DNA of 63,602 nt, the filler included, from Octopus bimaculoides (lineage: Eukaryota), in assembly GCF_001194135.2 (NCBI RefSeq). It is 4 parts of 4 records of this genome, joined end to end, with 100 filler letters (N's around TTAATTAATTAA, not from the genome) between each part and the next. Parts side by side here need not be neighbours in the genome. Positions count along the whole stretch, not along the records: positions 1 to 16,799 come from NC_069001.1; 3 more parts are not named here. One strand, written 5' to 3'. Of the stretch, positions 1-12,871 are shown one piece after another. Positions within the stretch are counted from its first letter, which is position 1. Each line of letters starts with the position of its first letter. Below the pieces are notes generated by a model, which did not search any database, had not been told where the DNA came from, and saw only the letters and a program-made list of their open reading frames with translations. The position numbers and the translations under genes were made by a program.

Positions 1-831
1 TGTGTGTGTGTGTGTGTGTGTGTGTGTCTGTGTTACAGGTTTGTAATTGTTCCAAAAGTTATATCTTTAATGACCTAATTCCTGGCAGCCTTGGAGAAAT
101 TATCAGAATATAAGTAATATGGTCGAACATTTATTTAGAATTTTTTCCTTCTACCCTAATGTCATTCAATGTATGAACCCTCCTGCTCCGCCATCCCTTT
201 CTTGCCTCTGCCTCCATCACCTTATCTCTCTCTCTCCTTCTCTCTTTCCCTCTCTCTCTGTCTCCCTCCCTTTTTTGGTAGTGTTTATCTATTTTATTCT
301 TTGTCATTTGGCGGCAACAGAAGAGCAGAGGCATTATGTCTTATTTCATATTCTAAAGAAATCTAATGGAAGATGTTACTATACCGAGAGTCACCTAAAT
401 AGTATATACATTAAATATAGCAATACTTCGCAATCACACACAAGCATACACAAGTACGGACAAACACACAAAGGCACTCATACACACACGTACACACACA
501 GACACCACACGCACGCATGTATCTACAAACATCTAACGCACGCATAAGACACATGACACACACATATAAAACTAACACATACATTAACCACACGGTCATC
601 TCAATACCATATATTAAGTAAGCCAGCATGTCATAAACATAGGCATCTTATATACTCAGCTAACACAGATATATAGAAGTTAAGGTGTGGTACATTGATA
701 AACGTATGCAAAAAGGCTCTCAAATAATTAAATTTTGCCATTTAGTCGTAGAAAGAAAGCAAAACCCTAGATGGCGCTCTTTTCGAGTATCAAAGGAAAG
801 GGGATATAATTTTAAGACACTTAAGTAAGTG

Positions 832-864
<33 letters not shown>

Positions 865-1148
865 NNNNNNNNNNNNNNNNNNNNNNNNNNNNNNNNNNNN
901 NNNNNNNNNNNNNNNNNNNNNNNNNNNNNNNNNNNNNNNNNNNNNNNNNNNNNNNNNNNNNNNNNNNNNNNNNNNNNNNNNNNNNNNNNNNNNNNNNNNN
1001 NNNNNNNNNNNNNNNNNATATATGTATGTATGTATGTATGTATGTATATAGATAAGTTCAAAAAAGTAAAATGACAAAAACAACAAAAAACAACAACGCG
1101 AAGACGTCATACAGATTGTGTTACTGGACTCTCGGGAAAGGAAAGTAA

Positions 1149-1186
1149 GAGAATTTGACGTTTCGAGCGGAGCTCTTCGTCGGAAA
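1149..1186 (-). ncRNA. Variant minimal hammerhead-ribozyme-like motif (Penelope-type)
   Basis: Minus strand reads UUU-CCGACGA-A-GAGC(UCC)GCUC-GAAA-CGUC-AAA. It has stem II, GAAA, a palindromic ACGU helix III and a GUC site. The core is CCGACGA rather than CUGANGA, and stem I is only 3 bp. Confidence 0.4.
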
Positions 1187-1325
1187 CAGGACAGTCCAAT
1201 ATATATATGTATGTATGTATATGTAGTTCAAATTTACAGAAAATATAAGACACGTGTAGGAGTAACAAGCAGGTGTTTAACGCTTAGTTAGAATGGAAAA
1301 TCATGTACGTTTTGAGCCTACGCTC

Positions 1326-1413
1326 ATCTACCCCAGTATTTGACTGGTACTTAATTCATCGACCCCCGAAAGCATTTCGTCCGGCGTTCTAACGATTCTG
1401 CCAGCTCGCCGCT
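1326..1413 (-). mobile_element. tRNA-derived SINE (family B), internally deleted
   Basis: The head GCGGCGAGCTGGCAGAATCGTTAGAACGCCGGACGAAATGC matches the more complete copy at 57260-57457, but the middle is missing. Confidence 0.6.
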
Positions 1414-1479
1414 TTAAAGCCATATTAGATAAAATAGCTCAAGGGATATCTGCAAAGATAATCGACAAACGCTCTTGGT

Positions 1480-2378
1480 TACACGGAAGAAGTAATTTTT
1501 ATCACATATGTTTTTTTTTATGTTTCTGAGATATATTTTGAATGTCAAGCCATGGGCATTTTACTAAATGTTTAACGTATTCCAATAATGTACATAAATG
1601 GCTGAAGATGAAGACACCCTCAATATCTTTTGAACTGTTAATAAATCGTAGAAGACAGAAAGTTCACGTTACTGAGGGCTAACTTTGTATTGTTGGTATT
1701 AAAACACGAAGTCATTTACCTCAACTTAGATTCTAATTGTTAACCTGTATCGAATCGTAAAACACTGCCGGTTGCTATACCTCCTTAAGATGAACTCAAC
1801 CTGATTGAAAATGAAGCAGAAATTGGTGGGTTTGTATTTGCTGGAAATGCTTCAGGTTCCGAATATAGTCTGTTTTCATTCTTTTCATTTCAGACAAGAA
1901 TGTAAGAGACAGAGAACTGTCAGGAGATAAAGCAGTTTCTCACTTTCCGTCTCAAAGAAAGTCGCTTCCTTGAAGAAAATATAGCTGTGAGTTAGTAAAG
2001 AAAGAGAAATTTTGATTTAACAGTTTATTTCAAAGCGAATGGCTTTCTCTGTTATTGTCACGACATTAATAAATATTTTGCAAGTTTCTCTGAAAGGCAT
2101 GATGGAAGTGAATGGTAACTTTATATAGATTCCTCACTCTGAAGTTTAAAAGCTGTTTTATTGCGTAATGGAAATTTTAAACCATCTATCCCCACTGTTT
2201 ATCAAGTACATTTAAAAGAAGAATCTTATGTTAACATGACGATGCATTTTAATGGAACTGAAAACAACATTCGAAGATAAAATCTTTGTAGAGATCTTAA
2301 AGCAATTGGTGTTAAAGGGCAATGCAACAGGGACTTCCCCAAGTAGTGCTGCTTTCTAGTTCTGACGGATAGTTGTGC
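1480..2378 (+). mobile_element. Decayed Chapaev-3-like (CMC) DNA transposase remnant
   Basis: Frameshifted translation gives EW*LYIDSSL*SLKAVLLRNGNFKPSIP...HLKEESY and DLKAIG...KYCCFL-like blocks, recalled as typical of this family. It has many stops. Confidence 0.6.
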
Positions 2379-2382
2379 TTTT

Positions 2383-2475
2383 ATACTGGTTTCAAATTTA
2401 GGCACAGCGCTAGCAAAATGAGGGCAGAGGGTACGTCGATTACATCTAACCCAGTGTTCAACTAGTACTTAATCT
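2383..2475 (-). mobile_element. SINE family B 3' fragment
   Basis: GGCACA...GTCGATTACATC...CCCAGTG...TAGTACTTAAT resembles the tail of 57260-57457. Confidence 0.5.
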
Positions 2476-2814
2476 CTTTTGGAAACCTCCAAAGTTAAAG
2501 GACGAAAATACATTCAACCTTTTTACACCTATATATATATAGGAGGCCCTTTTCTTTCTTTTAAACCTAACACAACTCTCATTTTCTTGCATCCTAATTT
2601 TTCCAAATATTATCTACGTGGATTACTATTGAACTTTAAAAGCTCAAAGACAATATAAGGTATTGGTATATTTATTTTTTTATATATTATTTTTTACTTT
2701 TTTGTAAAAAACATTTTCATTCTCCCTCTTCTTGAAAATTTGCCATGCAATGAAAGCCAGTTACAAATCTATATTAAAATATGNNNNNNNNNNATATATA
2801 TATATATATACATA

Positions 2815-2898
2815 TACGATGGGCTTCTTTCAGTTTCCGTCTACCAAATCCATTCACAAGGCTTTGGTCGGCCTGAGGCTACAGTAAAAGACACTCAA
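2815..2898 (-). mobile_element. SINE family A fragment
   Basis: Reverse complement of the GCCTCGGGCCGACCAAAGCCTTGTGAGTGGATTTGGTAGACGGAAACTGAAAGAAGCCC-type core seen at 18664 and 24383. Confidence 0.7.
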
Positions 2899-3462
2899 GA
2901 CACACAAGACATTTTGCAAGGAACAAGCATAGTTGATAAAATCTACCCCAGTATCTAAATGCTACAATATTTATTTATCGGCCTAAAAAACCAAAACATG
3001 AAAAAAACCCACCTCGTTGAAATTCGAACTCAGGACACAGACAAACATCGTAAGGCATCTTATTCAACAACGTACAATATCAGCAATGAAATCTGCTGTC
3101 TTAGGATGAATTTCTGTTTTATCTATTCGTTTCAGAAAAATTCATGTTCAATTGACAAACCAACATCTGTTCGAAAACTACATTGACAAGAATAAGCGGG
3201 AGTAAATAACGTTTCTGTAGCACACAGCTAATTACATTAGCATTTCATTTATTCAGCTTATAATCGTTTTCCTTACTCGTTCTTCTTTCATCTCGCTAAA
3301 TCTGCAGAGAGTGAGTAATTTCTCACTAGTCTTTAATCATTTATCATTAATCCCTAAGCCTGTCTTCTTCTTTACATGTACGTCTGCATGTGTTAATATA
3401 GACACACGTTCACGTGCGTGCACGCAAATGCACGCACACACAAACTCTCACACACGTGTGTT

Positions 3463-3512
<50 letters not shown>

Positions 3513-3680
3513 NNNNNNNNNNNNNNNNNNNNNNNNNNNNNNNNNNNNNNNNNNNNNNNNNNNNNNNNNNNNNNNNNNNNNNNNNNNNNNNNNNNNNNNN
3601 NNNNNNNNNNNNNNNNNNNNNNNNNNNNNNNNNNNNNNNNNNNNNNNNNNNNNNNNNNNNNNNNNNNNNNNNNNNNNNNN

Positions 3681-3736
<56 letters not shown>

Positions 3737-4454
3737 AGCACTCAAACACACACACACACACAAACACACACGTATACATATATATGTATGCATATACATA
3801 TAAATTATATTTATCCATATATAAATAAATGCGTGTGTATATGTAGGGAAAGGGCAAAAGCGATATACACTCATAAATACATGTGTGCTGTACATGAATA
3901 TATAAATGTGTGTGTGTGTATGTATGTGTGTGTGGGGGGTGTCTATATATATGCATGTGGGTATGTATATATGTATGTATGTATAATCTGTAATGTAATC
4001 TCTGGCTTCTTTGATTAAACTAGGGTGTGCGTGTTACCAGATTATATGTATATATAAATTTGTTCGCGTATGTATGTGTATGTATATATATATATATATA
4101 TNNNNNNNNNNNNNNNNNNNNNNNNNNNNNNNNNNNNNNNNNNNNNNNNNNNNNNNNNNNNNNNNNNNNNNNNNNNNNNNNNNNNNNNNNNNNNNNNNNN
4201 NNNNNNNNNNNNNNNNNNNNNNNNNNNNNNNNNNNNNNNNNNNTATATACATACATATGCGTGAATGTATGTGCATATATATGTGTGTACGCGTGGGTGT
4301 GTATGTATCTATGTACGTATGTATATGTACATATATATGTGTATATTTGTGCATGTATGCGTATTTGCATCTTTTTAATTAATTGTGTGAAAGGTTGCGG
4401 GCGTGATAATCTCTGCATGGGAATAGAAAATCCCGTGTTGTGCATGTATATATG

Positions 4455-4493
<39 letters not shown>

Positions 4494-6091
4494 TATATAT
4501 TGTGGATAGACAATACTAAATATAAGTGAGCATTTCTGCAAAAATGAATTGCGTCATATACATACATCCATACATATACATACGTACGTACATAAATACA
4601 TACATGCATAAATACATACATACATGTCAGTCATTCAATTTTATTTCAAGACCTTTTGACAATAGAGTAAGAATTGGCTTCTAACCGTGATCCAAGGCTC
4701 CGTCATTGGAATTTCACCAACATCAATAGGCTAATTTTGCATGTATGTATCGTTGCTACAATGTTAAACTGTCGTATGTCCAGATTTGACCATATGCATT
4801 TTCTCTCAATGCTTTCTATTTCTTTGTCTCCATTAGCCGGTTCTTTTGGTCAAATTCTCGCATCTCCAGCTGCTTCAAATGACAAGATGTCAAAAATTGT
4901 CAAAATGTACAACAGTTTTGCTATGGAATGGTGAAAACTATTTTTTTTTTGTTTTCTGAAAGAGCAACCTTTTGAACCTCAATGGTAAATATTTGTGCAG
5001 TATTTGGGGTCAGTGCATGTGCAAATTTACATGTATTGTTTTGCGTGTGCACATAGGATGCAATTTGCAATATAAATATACACGTTTTTTATATACGTTG
5101 CTAATGACGACTTCCAAGTGGTCCCTAAACCAGCTAGAAATAACAGCAAATCATCTCTTAAGAATATCGCTAGATTAGGTAGTCTTAGACATGCTACCCC
5201 TGATACAAAGAACAATGATTTGATCACGGCTGGTGATGCATTTGTTCTGAAGTCTTCACTTGATCGGATCCCACCTGAGTAGATCCTCTTTATGCGGTTG
5301 CCTGAGTTGCTATAAATAACAACCAAATGATCTTCGAATCTGTAAAGACAACCATCCTGGTCTCCCCATCTTTACCACCCGCAACAACTCTTCCGAATAA
5401 GCACGTTTGTAACTACTTCAAACTTATTTTCTCACTCTTTGTTGGTACTCGTCTGTCTAAGACACTAATTAGCCCCTCATTAGCCCCTTCTCCTATCCCC
5501 TCTGGACGTTCCTGGTGCATGTTCATTAAAGATAAAATTTTTATGTATCGCCATCCCTCACACCGATGGTAGTTGAATTATCTTTTGCCGTCCGCACATT
5601 CTTGAATTCAATACTTCCAGCCTCTTTCACCTTTCCACGCTCGTCCTCAATTCCAACTACTCTTTCGTAAGACCTACGGGCAGGATACTCAGGTCGTTAT
5701 ACGAACTAGCATGGGCTCCGACTACGTCAACTTATTGGAGTCCCAGAACTGCTCCCAGTTTAGAAGACACGCTACATAGGTATATATATGGTCGTTATAT
5801 AAAAGTACAGACTGAAATATTTCCACAGCTAATATTGTCTTGATGGTGACAGATCTTCTAAAGATGAATTGAAATTTGTGTCAATGAGCAGGTCGCAGAG
5901 GTGCGACAAATCGTTTTCAGTATTCACGGCGTTCACTACTGTTAATAAATAATGGAAGAGTGAAGTTAACAATTACCGTGTTTTCTTAAATTCTCTTTAT
6001 TACTCTTCCACGAAGTCCGTTTCAGTTTGAACCCAAGATCCCAAATGAAGCCACTTTCTAAACTAGTGCAATCGTTATTTGTGTTTATATG

Positions 6092-6125
<34 letters not shown>

Positions 6126-7029
6126 CGTGTATACCTATGTGTATGTGAGTATGAATGTCCTAAAACGACCTCGTTTCCATAGAGTCAGTGCTTACGTGCT
6201 TACCTTTTATTTTTATCCTTCTCCTGTTTTCGATTTTCTCCTTATTTTATTATTTCTCTTCTGAACATTTTGGTAAATCTTGGTCGTCTGCAGAGCTAAA
6301 ACGGGAAGTAACGTTAATAATAACCGAGTTGACAAACACTAACTTAACACATACATAACTTCATAAAAACGAGAGTCGACAACGTCTCGACTGTGTATGT
6401 AATACAATATAATATTATTGCTGTAAGTACTCAACATCACAACAGATCTATCATCAAAACGATTCTATTTGTTGACGGTGTCGTTTTGTCTGTAGTTGGC
6501 TCTCGTTTCTTGGTTGTCGTCTGCCGGTAGAGGTGGTTGTCGGCTGGCGGGCGGAAGATCTTTCATAGTCGAACATCTAGTAGAACAAAAAAAAAAAAAA
6601 AAAATTCCTGTCCAACCAAACCTAAATCTCTCACGAAATATTTAATGAAACAAAACCATTTTACGCCATTCGCTTTTCCTGTTCCCAAAAGTAATTTTCT
6701 CTACTGAAAAAGCTGATAAAGAGACGAGAGTTTGGATGGTAGATTCTTGTTTAAAATAACATTCTACTCGTCAACATTATCCCTGTTATCACTTGTAATC
6801 CTGACAATAGAACCAGGTGACGTGTTACTAGTTCTGTAAATATTGAAACTGACACAAACTCTCTCTTGTTTTCTTGCTTCTACATTTGCTAACTTGATTA
6901 CTTTCAGATAGCAATCGGAAATGTGTTCAAAAGGGACCATCACTCAGACACGACCGTCGTTTGCTTTTCTTTTGCTTTGATTTCGTTCGGTTTTGGTTTT
7001 GAGACAATCAGACGATTATTTATCTTCTT

Positions 7030-8530
7030 GTTGTTGTGGTTGTTGTTGTTGCTGCTGGTGGTAGTGGTTGTGGTGGTGGTGATGGTGGTGGTAGTTGTGG
7101 CGATTTCGATGGTTGTGGTTCTGGTGGAAGTGGAGTTATCAATGGTTGCGGTTGTGGTGGTGGAAGTGATGGCGGCGGTGGTGATAGCGGTGTTGGTGGT
7201 GTTGGTGNNNNNNNNNNNNNNNNNNNNNNNNNNNNNNNNNNNNNNNNNNNNNNNNNNNNNNNNNNNNNNNNNNNNNNNNNNNNNNNNNNNNNNNNNNNNN
7301 NNNNNNNNNNNNNNNNNNNNNNNNNNNNNNNNNNNNNNNNNNNNNNNNNNNNNNNNNNNNNNNNNNNNNNNNNNNNNNNNNNNNNNNNNNNNNNNNNNNN
7401 NNNNNNNNNNNNNNNNNNNNNNNNNNNNNNNNNNNNNNNNNNNNNNNNNNNNNNNNNNNNNNNNNNNNNNNNNNNNNNNNNNNNNNNNNNNNNNNNNNNN
7501 NNNNNNNNNNNNNNNNNNNNNNNNNNNNNNNNNNNNNNNNNNNNNNNNNNNNNNNNNNNNNNNNNNNNNNNNNNNNNNNNNNNNNNNNNNNNNNNNNNNN
7601 NNNNNNNNNNNNNNNNNNNNNNNNNNNNNNNNNNNNNNNNNNNNNNNNNNNNNNNNNNNNNNNNNNNNNNNNNNNNNNNNNNNNNNNNNNNNNNNNNNNN
7701 NNNNNNNNNNNNNNNNNNNNNNNNNNNNNNNNNNNNNNNNNNNNNNNNNNNNNNNNNNNNNNNNNNNNNNNNNNNNNNNNNNNNNNNNNNNNNNNNNNNN
7801 NNNNNNNNNNNNNNNNNNNNNNNNNNNNNNNNNNNNNNNNNNNNNNNNNNNNNNNNGTGGTGGTGGTGGTGGTGGTGGTGGTGGGCGTGACAGAGACCGT
7901 CACGGTGACGATGGCAGTGGTGGAGACAGTGGCGGTGGTGGTGGTGGTGGTGGTGGTGGTTTATTGCCAAACTATTGCTGTTGATTTCAATCACGATAGC
8001 AGTTCGAAATGTTCTTACTATGGTGGTTATTACATGGATGCTGATGATGATGATGGCGATGACGACAACGACGACGATGATGACGACTATGATGGTGGCA
8101 GTGATGGTGATCTTGATACTGATGATGATGATGATGACGATGATGATGGTGGAGATGATAACTGTGATGATGATCGTGATGATGACGATGATGATGACGA
8201 CGACGATGACTAAGATGATGATAATGATGATGATGATGAGGAGGAGGAGGAGGAGGAAGAGGAGGAGGAGGAGAAGGAAGAGTTGGTGGAGGTGGAGGCG
8301 GAGGAGGAGGATTATGATGATTACGACGACGATGATGAGGAGGTGGAGGATAATGTGATGATGAAGATGATGATGAAAACGACGACAACGATGATATTGA
8401 TGATGGAAGTGGTGATGGCGGTGGTGGCGGTGGTGGTGATGAGGGTGGTGGTGGTGGTGGTGCTGGCGTCAATAATCGTGGTGGCGCTGGTTGTGGTTGC
8501 TTTTGTGTTCGGACTGCAACGACGGTTGTA
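7030..8530. repeat. Compound trinucleotide microsatellite (GGT/GAT/GAC/GAG) spanning a gap
   Basis: Seen directly. It produces poly-V, G, D, M and H pseudo-ORFs in several frames. Confidence 0.9.
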
Positions 8531-8624
8531 ATGATGGTTGAGGTGACAGAAGCAAATTTCCCAAACTTTGTACAAACGCAAAGTAACACAAATCAACACA
8601 CCACTATTAACATACACACACACA

Positions 8625-8669
<45 letters not shown>

Positions 8670-9143
8670 ACAGACACACACATACACATACAATCACATA
8701 CACATAGACACGCAAACGTGTATGCACATGTTATTTGATATATAACTGTTTGTGTGTATGCGTGTGTATATCTAATCATTTTTGACAACTTGTATTTATG
8801 TCTAGATATGTATATATATACATATATATATATAAATACTGGAGTCTAGTTTTGGTAGTTTCTGTGGCATATACATATTTACATACATATACATCTATCT
8901 ATCTATCTATATCTATCTATATCTATATATATACATATATATATATATATATGTATGTATGTATGTATNNNNNNNNNNNNNNNNNNNNNNNNNNNNNNNN
9001 NNNNNNNNNNNNNNNNNNNNNNNNNNNNNNNNNNNNNNNNTATATGAGCTACATCTATGTGTCAGAGTCCACATGTAAACGTAATTATAATTAGAAAATG
9101 TTTATGCAATATGTGATTCTTTGTCCCTAAGTATTACTGTATT

Positions 9144-9180
<37 letters not shown>

Positions 9181-9294
9181 CTCTCTCTCTCTTTCTATCA
9201 CTCCCCTCATACACATACACACACACACACATATATATATATAGATATATATATATATATATATATATATGTCAATATGTGCGTGCATGTATTC

Positions 9295-9338
<44 letters not shown>

Positions 9339-9792
9339 TCCTGCGTATGCATATGTGCACATACTAGCACACACATATATGTATGATATATATCTACATA
9401 TATATATATATTTATTTATATATATACGCACATATATGTACGTATGTGCTTATGTTCGTTTGAAGTACATACATACATTATGCGCAGACGCTTGTAACTA
9501 AATGCATATATGTACACGCTCGTGTTTGTAATTGTACGTATACACACACATACATAGAGATGTATGTATGTATGTATGTGTGTACGTACCCATCCGCATA
9601 CGCAATATGTAAAGTTGGAAATTATACGTGTAGAATAATATTGAAAGACCAGTTTAGTAGACAAAGTGACATAGAACCTTGCTATATATAACTACGTACG
9701 GGATTTGAACAAGTTATATATATGAAAGACATTTTAAATGAAAAATTTCGGCAGTACAGACCAACATAGAAACATGCATGCAAATACATACA

Positions 9793-9828
<36 letters not shown>

Positions 9829-11405
9829 TACACACANNNNNNNNNNNNNNNNNNNNNNNNNNNNNNNNNNNNNNNNNNNNNNNNNNNNNNNNNNNNNNNN
9901 NNNNNNNNNNNNNNNNNNNNNNNNNNNNNNNNNNNNNNNNNNNNNNNNNNNNNNNNNNNNNNNNNNNNNNNNNNNNNNNNNNNNNNNNNNNNNNNNNNNN
10001 NNNNNNNNNNNNNNNNNNNNNNNNNNNNNNNNNNNNNNNNNNNNNNNNNNNNNNNNNNNNNNNNNNNNNNNNNNNNNNNNNNNNNNNNNNNNNNNNNNNN
10101 NNNNNNNNNNNNNNNNNNNNNNNNNNNNNNNNNNNNNNNNNNNNNNNNNNNNNNNNNNNNNNNNNNNNNNNNNNNNNNNNNNNNNNNNNNNNNNNNNNNN
10201 NNNNNNNNNNNNNNNNNNNNNNNNNNNNNNNNNNNNNNNNNNNNNNNNNNNNNNNNNNNNNNNNNNNNNNNNNNNNNNNNNNNNNNNNNNNNNNNNNNNN
10301 NNNNNNNNNNNNNNNNNNNNNNNNNNNNNNNNNNNNNNNNNNNNNNNNNNNNNNNNNNNNNNNNNNNNNNNNNNNNNNNNNNNNNNNNNNNNNNNNNNNN
10401 NNNNNNNNNNNNNNNNNNNNNNNNNNNNNNNNNNNNNNNNNNNNNNNNNNNNNNNNNNNNNNNNNNNNNNNNNNNNNNNNNNNNNNNNNNNNNNNNNNNN
10501 NNNNNNNNNNNNNNNNNNNNNNNNNNNNNNNNNNNNNNNNNNNNNGGCGCGCTGACAGACGTTTTGTGTATCCCTTTAATTATAAGATTTACTTAGTGTT
10601 GGTCTCTGATTATATCTTTCAGTTCTTGAAATATTGCGAGTTGTTGTAGCTTACATGAATAGAGAGATCATTGCATTTTACCCTCACGTCCGTACTCAAC
10701 GTGCAAGCAATGCTAACATTATGGTGGGCATATCCTCATGCCTCGAAGAATCAAGATTGTTTTCAGGTCAGGGAGTAGTTTGTTAAATTCCTAGTTACAT
10801 CCAAATTGAGCTTTGCGAAAACTGTGTCAGGACTGTTTTTGCTTTATTTTTTGTATTTATTTTTCTTAAATAATTACGATTGAAGATCAGTGCTTCCATG
10901 TTACCCAAACAACTGGACCTAACTTTTACTGAATTTCTATTAAAATTTTTATATCACTATGGAATGTGGATGTATGTGTATATCAAAGTTAGAAAGTTTC
11001 CAACTACATCTAATGCCAGATTTATTCTAAGGGTCATAAAACCATATTTCTACCTTCCAAGATTTCCTTAAACATCCTATATCCATTCTCAATTATTTGA
11101 GTCCCTTCTTCAATGCAAGAAACCATTCCTTATGCAAATGTTATCAGTGTTAAGGTGAGCATCGTACATGAATAGCAGAGAAACAATATTTAGCTTTCTT
11201 ATTTCAACTACGTTGAAGAGATGTAATGCTTAAATTTGTTTCCGTTCATCTCATTTACAATATGTATTATGTATGTATACATATGTATGTGTGTGTATTA
11301 ATAGTATATAAAGATATATATATATAAAGAGAGAGAGAGAAAAAAGGAGGGGGAGAGAAAGAAAGAAATCGAAAGAAAGAGAGAGAGAGAGGGAGTAAAG
11401 ATATA

Positions 11406-11436
<31 letters not shown>

Positions 11437-11569
11437 ATATGTATGTATACAAGCACATATAAATTAAATATAACATACATTTTTCGTCTTTACGTGGATA
11501 TATATACATACATACATGTGTGTATATATATATATGTGTGTGTGTTTGCATATATGTATATATGTATGC

Positions 11570-11602
<33 letters not shown>

Positions 11603-11633
11603 CATACATTCATTCATTCATTCACTCATACAA

Positions 11634-11664
<31 letters not shown>

Positions 11665-11667
11665 CAT

Positions 11668-11716
<49 letters not shown>

Positions 11717-12299
11717 NNNNNNNNNNNNNNNNNNNNNNNNNNNNNNNNNNNNNNNNNNNNNNNNNNNNNNNNNNNNNNNNNNNNNNNNNNNNNNNNNNNN
11801 NNNNNNNNNNNNNNNNNNNNNNNNNNNNNNNNNNNNNNNNNNNNNNNNNNNNNNNNNNNNNNNNNNNNNNNNNNNNNNNNNNNNNNNNNNNNNNNNNNNN
11901 NNNNNNNNNNNNNNNNNNNNNNNNNNNNNNNNNNNNNNNNNNNNNNNNNNNNNNNNNNNNNNNNNNNNNNNNNNNNNNNNNNNNNNNNNNNNNNNNNNNN
12001 NNNNNNNNNNNNNNNNNNNNNNNNNNNNNNNNNNNNNNNNNNNNNNNNNNNNNNNNNNNNNNNNNNNNNNNNNNNNNNNNNNNNNNNNNNNNNNNNNNNN
12101 NNNNNNNNNNNNNNNNNNNNNNNNNNNNNNNNNNNNNNNNNNNNNNNNNNNNNNNNNNNNNNNNNNNNNNNNNNNNNNNNNNNNNNNNNNNNNNNNNNNN
12201 NNNNNNNNNNNNNNNNNNNNNNNNNNNNNNNNNNNNNNNNNNNNNNNNNNNNNNNNNNNNNNNNNCACATAAACATACATCGCCACACATGCACATAAA

Positions 12300-12378
<79 letters not shown>

Positions 12379-12681
12379 CAATAAATGCACACACAGACAT
12401 ACATAAATACACACACATACACACGCACACACACACACGCGTATATGTATGCATCTATGTATGTATGTATGTATGTATGTATGTATGTATGTATATAACA
12501 TACTAGTATATGCATTGTACTTACATACATGGGTCCTATATTTATAAACTTTTGTCTCAAGCTTGGAAACCATAATGGAAGTATAAATAACTCCTCGACT
12601 TTAGACATCTTTGAGGGAGACAGAGAGGGAGAGAGTGAGAAAGAGGCTATTGGTGTGTTTGTGTTGTTTTTNNNNNNNNNN

Positions 12682-12723
<42 letters not shown>

Positions 12724-12744
12724 TATATATATATAAATATATAT

Positions 12745-12832
12745 GGGCGTAGGATCGGGGTGCGCTAAGAAGGTTGCCTCCTAACCACATGCTCCCGGGT
12801 TCAGTCTCACTGCGTGGCACCTTGGGCAAGTG
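12745..12832 (+). mobile_element. SINE family A tRNA-like head, 3'-truncated
   Basis: CTAACCACATGCTCCCGGGTTCAGTCTCACTGCGTGGCACCTTGGGCAAGTG matches the heads at 18664 and 24383. Confidence 0.65.
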
Positions 12833-12833
12833 C

Positions 12834-12871
<38 letters not shown>

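Noticed and set aside
4640-5720. More complex sequence with several short ORFs, suspected old TE
   Set aside because: No motif could be recognised in any frame, so it is left unassigned.
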